From a virus (Duplodnaviria > Caudoviricetes), in the IMG/VR virus record IMGVR_UViG_3300032216_000646, positions 1 to 64,000 of that record: 64,000 nt of DNA, one strand, 5' to 3'. The translations under genes and the position numbers were made by a program. Positions 28,252 through 36,643 of the stretch are shown piece after piece (within the stretch, counting starts at the first letter, position 1; the number at the start of each line of letters is the position of its first letter). Below the pieces are notes generated by a model. That model saw nothing but the letters and a program-made list of their open reading frames with translations, was not told the origin of the DNA and did not search any database.

Positions 28252-29702
28252 TTAGGGACGAACTTTGCTCTTGCTTGCACCTTTGTTACAGGAGCAGGTT
28301 TTGTTACAGTTTTTTTAGTTGTTTTAGGTGCAGAGGTAGGTTTTGGAATAGCAGCCAACTCAGCCTTAGCAGTTACAAGGTCAGCCTCAAACTTGTCAAC
28401 TTCTCCAGCCTTGGCTTGGATGTTGTTGAATGTTACTGCAAACTGGTTTTTACGACCCGTAAGGATTGCATCTTTTTCAGCGTAAGCATCGCTATCAGAT
28501 TGCCAAGTAGCCTCAGCCGTAGCCAAAACAGCGTCTGCTGTATTGAGGGCAGATTGGGTTTGCCCTAATACTGATTGCTTATCCTGATACACCGCTACTG
28601 CCGCATCGTAATCATCCGCCTTGGTGTAATAGTTGCCTAAAGCGGTTTCTTCGGCGGCTACTGCGGAAACATAGTCTGCAGTCTTCTGGTCAAGGATGAC
28701 CTTGAGTGCAGGGTCTTTAGTTGTTCTTGCAACCGCTTGCTGAGTGAAGAACGACGCTGGGGCTACTGTCCACCCGTTACCGTTTACTGGTTGGTAGAAA
28801 AGCGTATTACACGCACCGCCACCCCATTCGTACATCCAAGCGTCAATAGCGTAAGACTGTCCACCAGTGAAGTTGAATAGGCTGGTGGCAAGACCACTAC
28901 AGCCCTTGAGAGTCCAATCGTTGATGACGTTCTGACCGTTGATTGACATGTAGAAACCATCATCAGCAGCAGCGTAGAACCACACTTGCTTGCTAGTTGG
29001 GTAAGTGATGTAACCACGGTAGTGAATCATTACATAGTCACCACCACAGCCTTCAATGTTTCCGTTACCCCAGTTTTTGTCAATGTTGGTTACAGTGATG
29101 GTCTTACAGAAGGTGTAAGCAGTGTCTGAACGAGTAGGTGGGTTTCCATTGCGGTTGATGCCCGTGTAGATGTCTGCCCGCAAACCAGAAGCAACTTGAC
29201 CGCCACCAGTGGTTACAGAACTGTTGTCATAGTTTGACTGAGCAGTGTTTACAGCATTCAACGCATTTGCGCTATTGGAGTTGGCGTTTTCATAAGCAGC
29301 ATAGGCTGCATCCACAGCATCAGAGGCTAAGGCTACTGCGTCAACAGCCGCATTGAAGTTGTCTTCAGCCGCACTTTGATTAGCAAAAGCAACATCATAA
29401 GCAGACTGTTTGCTGTCATAGTTAGCAGCCGCAGCGTCTAATGCTTCTTTGGCTAAGAACGCATCGTTTTGTGCCTGAGCCAAAAGTTGAGCGTCGGTGC
29501 TAGACGAGTTCTTCAACGCATCCAGTTGGGCTTGTGCAGTGTCTAACTGTGTTTGCACAGCAGCAATCTTTGCTTTGGCGGCTGCGACTTTATTGTTGTA
29601 GTCAGATGTACTGTCAGCCATTGCTGGTGAAGACATCATTAGGGGTAGGGTTAGTGCTAGGGTTGCTCCGAATAGTGCTGCGTATTTACGCAGTTTATTC
29701 AT
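28239..29702 (-). CDS. Secreted coiled-coil protein with PA14 domain
   Basis: Signal peptide (AMA-D); GLRADIY, ADDGF, INDW and YEWGGGA PA14 motifs. Confidence 0.85.
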   Translation of the reverse strand: MNKLRKYAALFGATLALTLPLMMSSPAMADSTSDYNNKVAAAKAKIAAVQTQLDTAQAQLDALKNSSSTDAQLLAQAQNDAFLAKEALDAAAANYDSKQSAYDVAFANQSAAEDNFNAAVDAVALASDAVDAAYAAYENANSNSANALNAVNTAQSNYDNSSVTTGGGQVASGLRADIYTGINRNGNPPTRSDTAYTFCKTITVTNIDKNWGNGNIEGCGGDYVMIHYRGYITYPTSKQVWFYAAADDGFYMSINGQNVINDWTLKGCSGLATSLFNFTGGQSYAIDAWMYEWGGGACNTLFYQPVNGNGWTVAPASFFTQQAVARTTKDPALKVILDQKTADYVSAVAAEETALGNYYTKADDYDAAVAVYQDKQSVLGQTQSALNTADAVLATAEATWQSDSDAYAEKDAILTGRKNQFAVTFNNIQAKAGEVDKFEADLVTAKAELAAIPKPTSAPKTTKKTVTKPAPVTKVQARAKFVPNPKQ

Positions 29703-29979
29703 TCAGGGACTTACCTTTCTTTTCTTCAGGGGTTTCTTCTACGCCCTTCAATGCGACGGTCTGTCGGAAGGCTGCGTTTATTTCGTTTAGGGTCAACTTG
29801 CCATCCTCAAGGAATGCAAGTGATAGCAGTTCAATAACTTTGAATACTGCTAGGATACCGCCCATAGCGGCAGCCGTCATTATGTCTACCTTCATGATAG
29901 ACCCTGCACCGATTACGCCCAATGCGGAGGCGACAAATGTTGCGACAATACGCAACATCACATTCCAAAAAAGACTCAT
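29695..29979 (-). CDS. Membrane protein, holin-like
   Basis: Two TM segments then DGKLTLNEINAAF. Confidence 0.65.
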   Translation of the reverse strand: MSLFWNVMLRIVATFVASALGVIGAGSIMKVDIMTAAAMGGILAVFKVIELLSLAFLEDGKLTLNEINAAFRQTVALKGVEETPEEKKGKSLNE

Positions 29980-30085
29980 GATTACCTGTCTCTAGAAAGA
30001 CCGTCTTATTTGACAAATCGGAGAACAGATTATAGAAACTAAATACGGATACCCTTATCCGTCACATCCTTGAAAAGTGGCGTAG

Positions 30086-30406
30086 TTATGCGGGGGACAT
30101 GCCGCCAGAACCGACTGCATCCGATGCGGTAGCGGTATCTGGGTCATTTGCACCAACTGGCATACCTGTTTGGGTACTGATGCCCCCATAGCCTGAGATT
30201 CCTGAAACCATAGAAGGATAACCCGTGTAGTAGAACCCTGCGCCAGAATAGCCTTTTTCACCTAATGGTCGAGCAAATCTACGAGCCATCTGTTCTTCGT
30301 ATTGTGCCGAAGTTCCTTGGTTACCGTAAAGACCCCTCGGACCGTTGAACATGCCCAATGCTTGATTTGATTCTTGCTCAAACTGCATTGATAAAGGAGC
30401 GGTCAT
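30086..30406 (-). CDS. Gly-rich hypothetical protein with LSMQF N-terminal motif
   Basis: ORF track; TAATG coupling. Confidence 0.65.
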   Translation of the reverse strand: MTAPLSMQFEQESNQALGMFNGPRGLYGNQGTSAQYEEQMARRFARPLGEKGYSGAGFYYTGYPSMVSGISGYGGISTQTGMPVGANDPDTATASDAVGSGGMSPA

Positions 30407-30543
30407 TAGTTACCCTCAAACTCTTTGCTTTGAGTGCCAGAGCCTGCAGTTCCGTCTTGACCGTCGTAACGTGTGGAGATGGGCATGCTGCCGTCACCTC
30501 GTACAGCCGAAAGGCTATCGGTGAAGTGTGCGCAGTTTCCCAT
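30406..30543 (-). CDS. Hypothetical peptide (45 aa)
   Basis: AGGAG RBS; MGNCAHFTDSLS... Confidence 0.55.
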   Translation of the reverse strand: MGNCAHFTDSLSAVRGDGSMPISTRYDGQDGTAGSGTQSKEFEGN

Positions 30544-30594
30544 AGGTCTATTCTCCTAAATCACGTTGCTATTTGCACCGTAAACCCAAAAGCA

Positions 30595-31008
30595 TTAGAA
30601 CTCGATTAGCACACAGTCTTTGATGTTCACTTCAATGAACTTCTCATTAGATGTGTATTTGGTGTTCTTTACAATCACTGGAGACTTTTGTATGACATCC
30701 CAAGTAGTCATAAACGCATGTGTGCGCTCATGGTTCAGCATTACAAAGAAAGAGTTAGGAGTAGCAAACTTTATTTTACGCTCAGTCCAATGGATGCCTG
30801 TATAAATGAACTTCTCACCTTTCCAGTTGTGTTTCACTTCTACCTCGTAGTAGTAAGTTTCACCATGGTTTTCAGCAATAAGGTCGATGCCATACTGGTC
30901 TGGGTTCACGTAAGCGTGATACCCCTGCTCCGTGAGCCAATCTATTACTTGGTATTTTGCGTTGTCATCTTCGTCGTACAACTTCTCACTGAAGCGTTTT
31001 CCAGCCAT
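30595..31008 (-). CDS. PD-(D/E)xK nuclease-like protein
   Basis: GIDLIA...EVEVK motif. Confidence 0.7.
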   Translation of the reverse strand: MAGKRFSEKLYDEDDNAKYQVIDWLTEQGYHAYVNPDQYGIDLIAENHGETYYYEVEVKHNWKGEKFIYTGIHWTERKIKFATPNSFFVMLNHERTHAFMTTWDVIQKSPVIVKNTKYTSNEKFIEVNIKDCVLIEF

Positions 31009-31181
31009 TATCGAGCATCCTTTCCCCAGCCAGTGCCACGGAATGATACCGCTCCGACTCCTGGGATTTTTGTCATTTTACTTTTGCACTTTTTGCACAA
31101 AATCTCTGGGGAGTCATACATTCCATGGTCAATGACTTCGGTGCTATCGCATGGAATACATTTGTAGGTATACAGCGGCAT
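31008..31181 (-). CDS. FmdB-family zinc ribbon protein
   Basis: Manual translation MPLYTYKCIPC...CKKC...FRGTGW. Confidence 0.8.
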   Translation of the reverse strand: MPLYTYKCIPCDSTEVIDHGMYDSPEILCKKCKSKMTKIPGVGAVSFRGTGWGKDAR

Positions 31182-32335
31182 TACAGAACCTCTACTGTGA
31201 CTGAACCAAATAACCCAACTTCTTGGTCAATGCGGTTTTCTGACAACTTTGCATACTCAGGATTGAGTTCAATGCCAATGTAGTCACGACCTTTGAGTAA
31301 CGAGACCACACCCGTAGTTCCTGAGCCACTGAAGGGGTCTAGGACGGTAGCAGGGACGACATTGGTAGTTTCACACGCACACTGCTGTTTCCAGCCCACA
31401 GTGACCACCTGAGTGTATCCTGCGTCACCCTTGCCATTGATGTCGGCGTATGCGCCATCATAGTTGTTTGGACGGTAACGGATGTCTGCAGGGTCTAACT
31501 GGTTGCGTGCAATCCGCTCATTCTTGGTTTCACGAACCCAAGCAACGCCACAATCCGCACAGTTACCATGTTCGCTAGTCCCAGCAAGGATGCAAGGGTC
31601 AATAAGTTCTGTTGGATACACAGCAAAGTGTGCGCCTGTGTATGGCTTAGTGCGGACAGTCCACACGTCACGCTTGTTACGCATGCCATCGTAGACCTTA
31701 TACTCTGGCGGACGACTGTTGACTTTGTTTGTTGTGGAGCGTTCTACAGACCCCTTAGCACCCTTAGTGCCAGCCTTGATAACGCCCTCCTCACGGATGG
31801 CTACATAGTCATAAAAATACTTAGGTGACTTAGTGAGAAGGAAGATGTATTCGTGAGATTTGGTTGGGCGGTCTTTCACAGCCTCTGGCATCACGTTTGG
31901 CTTGTTCCAGATGATGTCGCTACGCAGATACCAGCCATCATCTTGCAGGGCTAGAGCCACACGCCATGGGATACCAATCAAGTCTTTGGACTTCAGTCCA
32001 TCAACCTTGTTGTTCAGCGCAGTCTTCTGACCATTGCGACCATCAACATACTTAGGGTCTACTGCGTCTTTCTTGTGACCAGTCCCAACATAGGTGTCAC
32101 CAAGGTTCAGCCACACTGTGCCGTCGTCTTTTAGGACTCGCTTGATGTCACGGAAGATTTCAACAAGGTTCTCTACGAACTCGTAGGGACTGTCCTCCTG
32201 ACCTAGTTGCCCCAACGCTCCGTAATCACGGAGACCCCAGTAAGGAGGAGAGGTAACTACTGTCTGGATGGATTGGTCTGGCAGTGAAGCCAGAGCGGTT
32301 CTTACATCGGCATTTAGGATACGTGCTTTAGACAT
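31181..32335 (-). CDS. Amino DNA methyltransferase (N4-C/N6-A, beta class)
   Basis: TSPPY before DPFSGSGTTG; ATG 32335 is the likely leaderless start. Confidence 0.92.
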   Translation of the reverse strand: MSKARILNADVRTALASLPDQSIQTVVTSPPYWGLRDYGALGQLGQEDSPYEFVENLVEIFRDIKRVLKDDGTVWLNLGDTYVGTGHKKDAVDPKYVDGRNGQKTALNNKVDGLKSKDLIGIPWRVALALQDDGWYLRSDIIWNKPNVMPEAVKDRPTKSHEYIFLLTKSPKYFYDYVAIREEGVIKAGTKGAKGSVERSTTNKVNSRPPEYKVYDGMRNKRDVWTVRTKPYTGAHFAVYPTELIDPCILAGTSEHGNCADCGVAWVRETKNERIARNQLDPADIRYRPNNYDGAYADINGKGDAGYTQVVTVGWKQQCACETTNVVPATVLDPFSGSGTTGVVSLLKGRDYIGIELNPEYAKLSENRIDQEVGLFGSVTVEVL

Positions 32336-32354
32336 GCTCAAAATGCTATCACAG

Positions 32355-32388
32355 AAAAATAAAAACCCCCCTACAGGAGGGGGGTTTT
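32355..32388 (-). terminator. Rho-independent terminator closing the RNA cluster
   Basis: AAAACCCCCC/GGGGGGTTTT stem plus T-tract. Confidence 0.8.
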
Positions 32389-32393
32389 AGTTT

Positions 32394-32559
32394 GAGTAGG
32401 TGGGTTGCGTTTTACCACCAATGCGTCGCCACCAGATTCTCTAGCGCTTACTCGCATACTTGCCGTTAGGTTATCAGCCCAGTTGATTAGACCCGACAAT
32501 GCTTTCTCCCTGTTGGCACAGAGATTCAGCCATACTCCAGCCTCTCCGTCGAGAGACTG
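32394..32559 (-). ncRNA. Structured ncRNA, possibly related to the GOLLD 3' domain
   Basis: GAGTA/TACTC closing helix, several internal hairpins, potential GCCAA/TTGGT pseudoknot; no credible ORF. Confidence 0.5.
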
Positions 32560-32563
32560 TTTG

Positions 32564-32853
32564 TGGACTAGACGGGATTCGAACCCGTGTCCTAACATTT
32601 CTTCTAAATACTTCTACATGCTTAGGCTTTACCAGCCACGGTCAAACAAAGGATAAAACAGATTATTGTTCTATTTATTTGAAACCTAACTGCCCACCTA
32701 GAACTAGTGCTTTGTTAGGGGCGCTCGCAGTTTTTAGGCTGCTAGTGCGTATGCGTTTTGAGTTGCATTTATTTTTTTACTCGATTCAAGAGTCACGAGC
32801 GTCTCTGCATGCTTCTATTCAGTTGTCAATGCCAGTCGATACCAAACTAGCCC
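32564..32853 (-). ncRNA. ssrA: tmRNA, tag (A)ATQNAYALAA
   Basis: GGGCTAG/CTAGTCC-A acceptor with G3.U; T arm ACGGG-TTCGAAT-CCCGT; tag ORF 32734-32766 after ATAAAT. Confidence 0.95.
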
Positions 32854-32962
32854 TAGGTTGCGGGACTTGCACCCGCCGTCCAAACCCCCTGTGATTGCTA
32901 TTGTGGTTTTCACCGTATAAATCACAGCACTGATTTGGTCAGTAGATTAGGTTAGCACACCT
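32854..32962 (-). ncRNA. Structured element with T-arm-like hairpin
   Basis: CCAAATC/GGTTTGG, CTGTGATT/AATCACAG and GGT-GAAA-ACC nested stems, then GCGGG-TGCAAGT-CCCGC. Confidence 0.5.
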
Positions 32963-32964
32963 TT

Positions 32965-33504
32965 TTAGGAAATGTCAATAACCTTTGGCTTTTTTTCTTC
33001 AGGAAGGTCTTTCTCGAAGGTAACAGTCAGCATACCATCTTTGACGGTTGCACCACTAATCTTCCAGAACTCTGCAACAGCCAGTTCCAACTTGAAGTCA
33101 CGGGCAGCGATGCCTTGGTAGACAATCTCACCTTCAGCCTTGCCGACCTTCTTGCCTTCAATGGTGATTACAGAATCCTGTAGGACAACACTCAACTCTT
33201 CCTTGGAGAAGCCAGCCACTGCTACGTTGAGCAGGTTGACGTCATCCTTCAAAGCGACAATGTCGTATGGAGGATAGGAAGGCTTGTTGTTGGTAACTTC
33301 TCTGAGAGTTTCAAGAAGTGGAGACCAGCCAATGGATAGGCGGTCTAGGCGGGGGAACAAGTCAGCAATAGTTACTGGCTTTGGAGGGACAGGCTTTTGC
33401 CATTTGTCCTTCTTGTTGTCCCACGGGTCATGTGGGTTTGGCTCATACGGGTTTGGATAAGGTTTCTTCCAACGGTCGTATGGGTCTAGTGGGTTGTGGT
33501 TCAT
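32965..33504 (-). CDS. Small heat shock protein (Hsp20/IbpA-like)
   Basis: YPPYDI, AVAGF, YQGIAARDF, DGML and PEEKKPKVI motifs; AAGGAG RBS. Confidence 0.92.
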   Translation of the reverse strand: MNHNPLDPYDRWKKPYPNPYEPNPHDPWDNKKDKWQKPVPPKPVTIADLFPRLDRLSIGWSPLLETLREVTNNKPSYPPYDIVALKDDVNLLNVAVAGFSKEELSVVLQDSVITIEGKKVGKAEGEIVYQGIAARDFKLELAVAEFWKISGATVKDGMLTVTFEKDLPEEKKPKVIDIS

Positions 33505-33605
33505 TGTTGTCTCCTTAGACGACAACTGTGCCTTGGTACATAACTGCCCGTAGCACAGTATTTTTTATGACACCCGATTGGCGTGTCTAAGAAGATTGTA
33601 GCAGA

Positions 33606-33884
33606 TTACTTGCGGAACTGGCGTCCTAGCGCACGGTGAATAGCGACACCACCAACGATTGCGCCAATACCCGCACCAATCGCCATAGCAGTGTGGTTAC
33701 CAGTTACATTCAAGGCTTCAACTGACTTCATCATGTTAGAGGTCGTGCCATCAATGTTGTTGATGTGCCAAGACATGTCTGGGACGCTCTTGAAAGTAAC
33801 AGGGCTTAGTTTGTCGCCAATGCCAGCACCGACTAAAGCGCCTATGCCAGATGCTCCAGCAACGAGTTGTTTCTTAGTAGCCAT
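33606..33884 (-). CDS. Glycine-zipper membrane protein ending LGRQFRK
   Basis: Two GxxxG-rich hydrophobic helices; GAGG RBS. Confidence 0.65.
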   Translation of the reverse strand: MATKKQLVAGASGIGALVGAGIGDKLSPVTFKSVPDMSWHINNIDGTTSNMMKSVEALNVTGNHTAMAIGAGIGAIVGGVAIHRALGRQFRK

Positions 33885-33930
33885 GATTACCTCACTTATT
33901 AGTCTCTATTTAGGATAAAGCAAAATGTCA

Positions 33931-34134
33931 CTAATCGAATAGTGAAACTTGCCCATTGTTGTGGCGTTCCTTGATGTGCAAGTTTAGGTTCTTGTCGTTC
34001 CAAAAGTTTGCAGGGCATGCAGGGCATGACAGGCTAGGGTAGATAGTTTTAGTGCCATACCCACTATCGTGCTGTTCTTCTTCAGGTAAATCGCCACCAT
34101 GCTGGTCTTTACCAAACTGTTCTTTGCTAATCAT
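33931..34134 (-). CDS. C2H2-like Zn-finger protein
   Basis: CPAC...F.....L..H....H. Confidence 0.6.
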   Translation of the reverse strand: MISKEQFGKDQHGGDLPEEEQHDSGYGTKTIYPSLSCPACPANFWNDKNLNLHIKERHNNGQVSLFD

Positions 34135-34136
34135 GC

Positions 34137-34460
34137 CTACTTCTTTCCAAAGTCTTTAGGAAGACCTAATGTTCTTGCCCATTTGAAACCTTTGTTACCG
34201 TAAGACGATTTCATAAGGTCTGGCGCAGGGATGCCTAACTCGGTGGCTTTCTGCACTGCAGTGTGATACATACCTGTAGCCACACCTTTACGTTGGTGTT
34301 CTTCATTCACACCCACGTGTATAGCCCCCTCGTTATCCCAAATCAATGCGCCAATCGCCCCATCCTCATTTGGATGGATAGCGTGGATGTTGTGGTCACC
34401 TGCTGGGTCTACAAAGTATTTATAGGTAACCCCTTCAAAAGCGGCTTTACTTCTAGTCAT
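34137..34460 (-). CDS. GNAT acetyltransferase
   Basis: V.EEHQRKGVATGMY motif A. Confidence 0.75.
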   Translation of the reverse strand: MTRSKAAFEGVTYKYFVDPAGDHNIHAIHPNEDGAIGALIWDNEGAIHVGVNEEHQRKGVATGMYHTAVQKATELGIPAPDLMKSSYGNKGFKWARTLGLPKDFGKK

Positions 34461-34783
34461 TTAAACACCACAGGTATGTGGGTCATACCAAGTTCTCTAG
34501 CAGCCATAACTCGATGATGACCCTCAGTAAGTAGAGTTTCACCGCTATCAAGTTTCGTTGCCTCTATTGGGTTTTTCAACCCTTGTGCAGCAATGTTTGC
34601 TTTTAGGTTTTCTACATAGTCGTCATCGTGAGCATCAAAGTTGGCGCAAGATTCGGCATCAACATGTTTCATGCGTATTGGGTTTGAGTGGTCGCCATCA
34701 TCATAATCAGAAGGAATAAACTCATTGACTTCAGACATAGGGACATCTACAGAGCCGTGGAAGTCTGCTTTATTTGCACCCAT
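34457..34783 (-). CDS. ParB/Srx-like domain protein
   Basis: GLKNPI...EGHHRVMAA...G..HIPV. Confidence 0.8.
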   Translation of the reverse strand: MGANKADFHGSVDVPMSEVNEFIPSDYDDGDHSNPIRMKHVDAESCANFDAHDDDYVENLKANIAAQGLKNPIEATKLDSGETLLTEGHHRVMAARELGMTHIPVVFK

Positions 34784-35538
34784 TAGTAAAGACTGCTCAC
34801 ATGTTGTTGTAGACGCTCATGCTCATGCTCTAGTTCGCCATGAGTGATGTCGTTGACGTGTTCGCCCATCTCGTCGATAGCACCGTGTGCTTCACCCATG
34901 TGGTGAGTGTGCCAATGAGACCCTTCTTCTAGGTTGTCTGCTTCATCAAGATTGTATTTGATTTTGTCGTGTAGACGCATAACGTGAGCAGTAACCTCAT
35001 CGTCTAAACCCGCAGCATGTGCTTTAGCAATGAACTCGTTCACATGTTCTTTTAGTTTATGAATAGTAGGTGGAGCGATTGGGTCCCAACGAGCATGGCG
35101 GTATTTGTCATCTGAAATGATGTGGTCATCAAACTTTTCGTTGCCTTCCCACTCACCGCCAACAGCCCTAGCCCACTTGTCCCCTGTTTTAGTGCGCATA
35201 GTTGAATGCACAGGTGCAGGTATAGAAGGGATGTCTTCATGAAGTTCACCAGCAAACTTGTATAACTTAGTGGCTAACCCTTGACGACGCATCTCAGGGT
35301 GAGTCTCGATGTGTTGGATGCGACCCTTTTCATCCAGACCCATAGTGCCAACAAAGTTGTCGTCAGCATCGTGCATAGTAAAGTTGTGCGCAGAAGTTCC
35401 AAAACCCATACGACCGTGATGGTATTGGATAGAGTGCGTAGCCCCATTATCGTCAGTGACCTTCCAAGCCATAAGCATCTTATGGTCAGGATGTTCACCC
35501 GCTTGAATCTTAGTAGGGTCGTTTTCTACAACAGCCAT
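34783..35538 (-). CDS. GNAT acetyltransferase with His-rich helical C-domain
   Basis: ETHPEMRRQGLATKLY. Confidence 0.8.
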   Translation of the reverse strand: MAVVENDPTKIQAGEHPDHKMLMAWKVTDDNGATHSIQYHHGRMGFGTSAHNFTMHDADDNFVGTMGLDEKGRIQHIETHPEMRRQGLATKLYKFAGELHEDIPSIPAPVHSTMRTKTGDKWARAVGGEWEGNEKFDDHIISDDKYRHARWDPIAPPTIHKLKEHVNEFIAKAHAAGLDDEVTAHVMRLHDKIKYNLDEADNLEEGSHWHTHHMGEAHGAIDEMGEHVNDITHGELEHEHERLQQHVSSLY

Positions 35539-36083
35539 TACCTTGCTCCTTCAAACTCTTGGAAGTTACCTGGGTGGACTATCGATGGATGGTAGTCGTA
35601 ATCTTCTTCGTGAAGTCTAGTGTCCATGTGTAGAGGTGCGCCTACACCCTTTTGCTTATTAGACGCTTCACTTCCACGGGTATGCACCATCACTGGAATG
35701 TGAGTAACTCCTGCTTGCAGAGCCGCCGCAAGACGGTGGTTACCTTCAGTAAGAACACCCCAACGTAGATTGTGGTCATAGTTTAGATGAACAGGTTCTC
35801 TGAGTCCGTCTATACCGTGAGTAGATAAGTCGTTAGCGATGTTGTTGATGTTCTCTTTGCTGTTAGCGTAGCCTTGAGCGCCCGTACGGTCATACTCTTT
35901 ATAGCGCATTAGTTGATGCACAGGGACGAGAGCAACATAACGATTCCACTTATACCCTGGCTCATCACCTTTTAGGCTGCCGTTATCTGCGATAGCGTGA
36001 GTTCGCCATCCGCCGTTTTCATGAGTAGCAAGACCTGGACCCGTATAGGTAGGAACAGATGCAAACTGTTTACCAATGTCCAT
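35538..36083 (-). CDS. ParB/Srx-like domain protein
   Basis: EGNHRLAAALQAGVTHIPV. Confidence 0.8.
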   Translation of the reverse strand: MDIGKQFASVPTYTGPGLATHENGGWRTHAIADNGSLKGDEPGYKWNRYVALVPVHQLMRYKEYDRTGAQGYANSKENINNIANDLSTHGIDGLREPVHLNYDHNLRWGVLTEGNHRLAAALQAGVTHIPVMVHTRGSEASNKQKGVGAPLHMDTRLHEEDYDYHPSIVHPGNFQEFEGAR

Positions 36084-36643
36084 TAGAACCTCTTATCTAG
36101 TTGAAGACCGATTGCACCAGCAGCACACTCGTCACATTGACCGTTATAGCCCTTTTGGTGTTCAGTCAAGTAAATACCATGCCTGTCCATCCAGTGACCA
36201 TCACGGTAATGGCTTTGAGGAACATCTGCAACGATTTTGGTGACCCTAAAGCCATCAGTGCTACTTACTTCGTTTTCTGGACTTGGAAACTTTTCTGCTT
36301 TAGAAACAGGCTCTACTTGGTATGCGTAGGCTCGTTTTTCTTTTGTAGGTCGCACTTGCTCTGCTCGAACGGCATACGACATTGCATGCCTAGCATTTTC
36401 AGAAGATACGTATCCAGTGACTGGAACTACCCATGCTCTAGGTTGGTGCGCTCTAGGGTCATCTTTTGCATCGCCTAAACCGTAGACACCACCGTGGCTA
36501 CCAGATTGAACCAAACTGTCGCCATTTGGTTTGATGAGGTCTCCAACATTTAGTCTTTGATTAGTGCCGTGTAGGTAGATAGTGTTGCCGTCACTAGGTT
36601 CGTGGTTTCTACCTGCAAAGAAGTCGGTAGTATTCCTAGTCAT
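36083..36643 (-). CDS. Arr-like ADP-ribosyltransferase-fold protein
   Basis: YLHGT...GDLIKP, YQVEP, S..GFRV pattern. Confidence 0.65.
   Translation of the reverse strand: MTRNTTDFFAGRNHEPSDGNTIYLHGTNQRLNVGDLIKPNGDSLVQSGSHGGVYGLGDAKDDPRAHQPRAWVVPVTGYVSSENARHAMSYAVRAEQVRPTKEKRAYAYQVEPVSKAEKFPSPENEVSSTDGFRVTKIVADVPQSHYRDGHWMDRHGIYLTEHQKGYNGQCDECAAGAIGLQLDKRF

Noticed and set aside
30045-30062. ACGGATA-CCCT-TATCCGT as part of the TCCG array system
   Set aside because: Inverted rather than direct, single, and outside the early block; more likely a hairpin
30595-32335. Type II restriction-modification system
   Set aside because: The nuclease-like ORF is short, separated from the methyltransferase by an FmdB gene, and both types are common as solitary phage genes; pairing is unsupported
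32564-32600. Stand-alone tRNA suggested by the GGTTCGAATCC T-loop
   Set aside because: Its acceptor partner is 290 nt upstream with a tag ORF between, so it is the tmRNA 3' end
32564-32620. tmRNA 3' end as attP
   Set aside because: About 21 kb from the integrase, with no duplicated fragment in the window
32371-32894. ORF-track ORFs over the RNA cluster
   Set aside because: No RBS or recognisable motifs; the region is better explained by RNA structure
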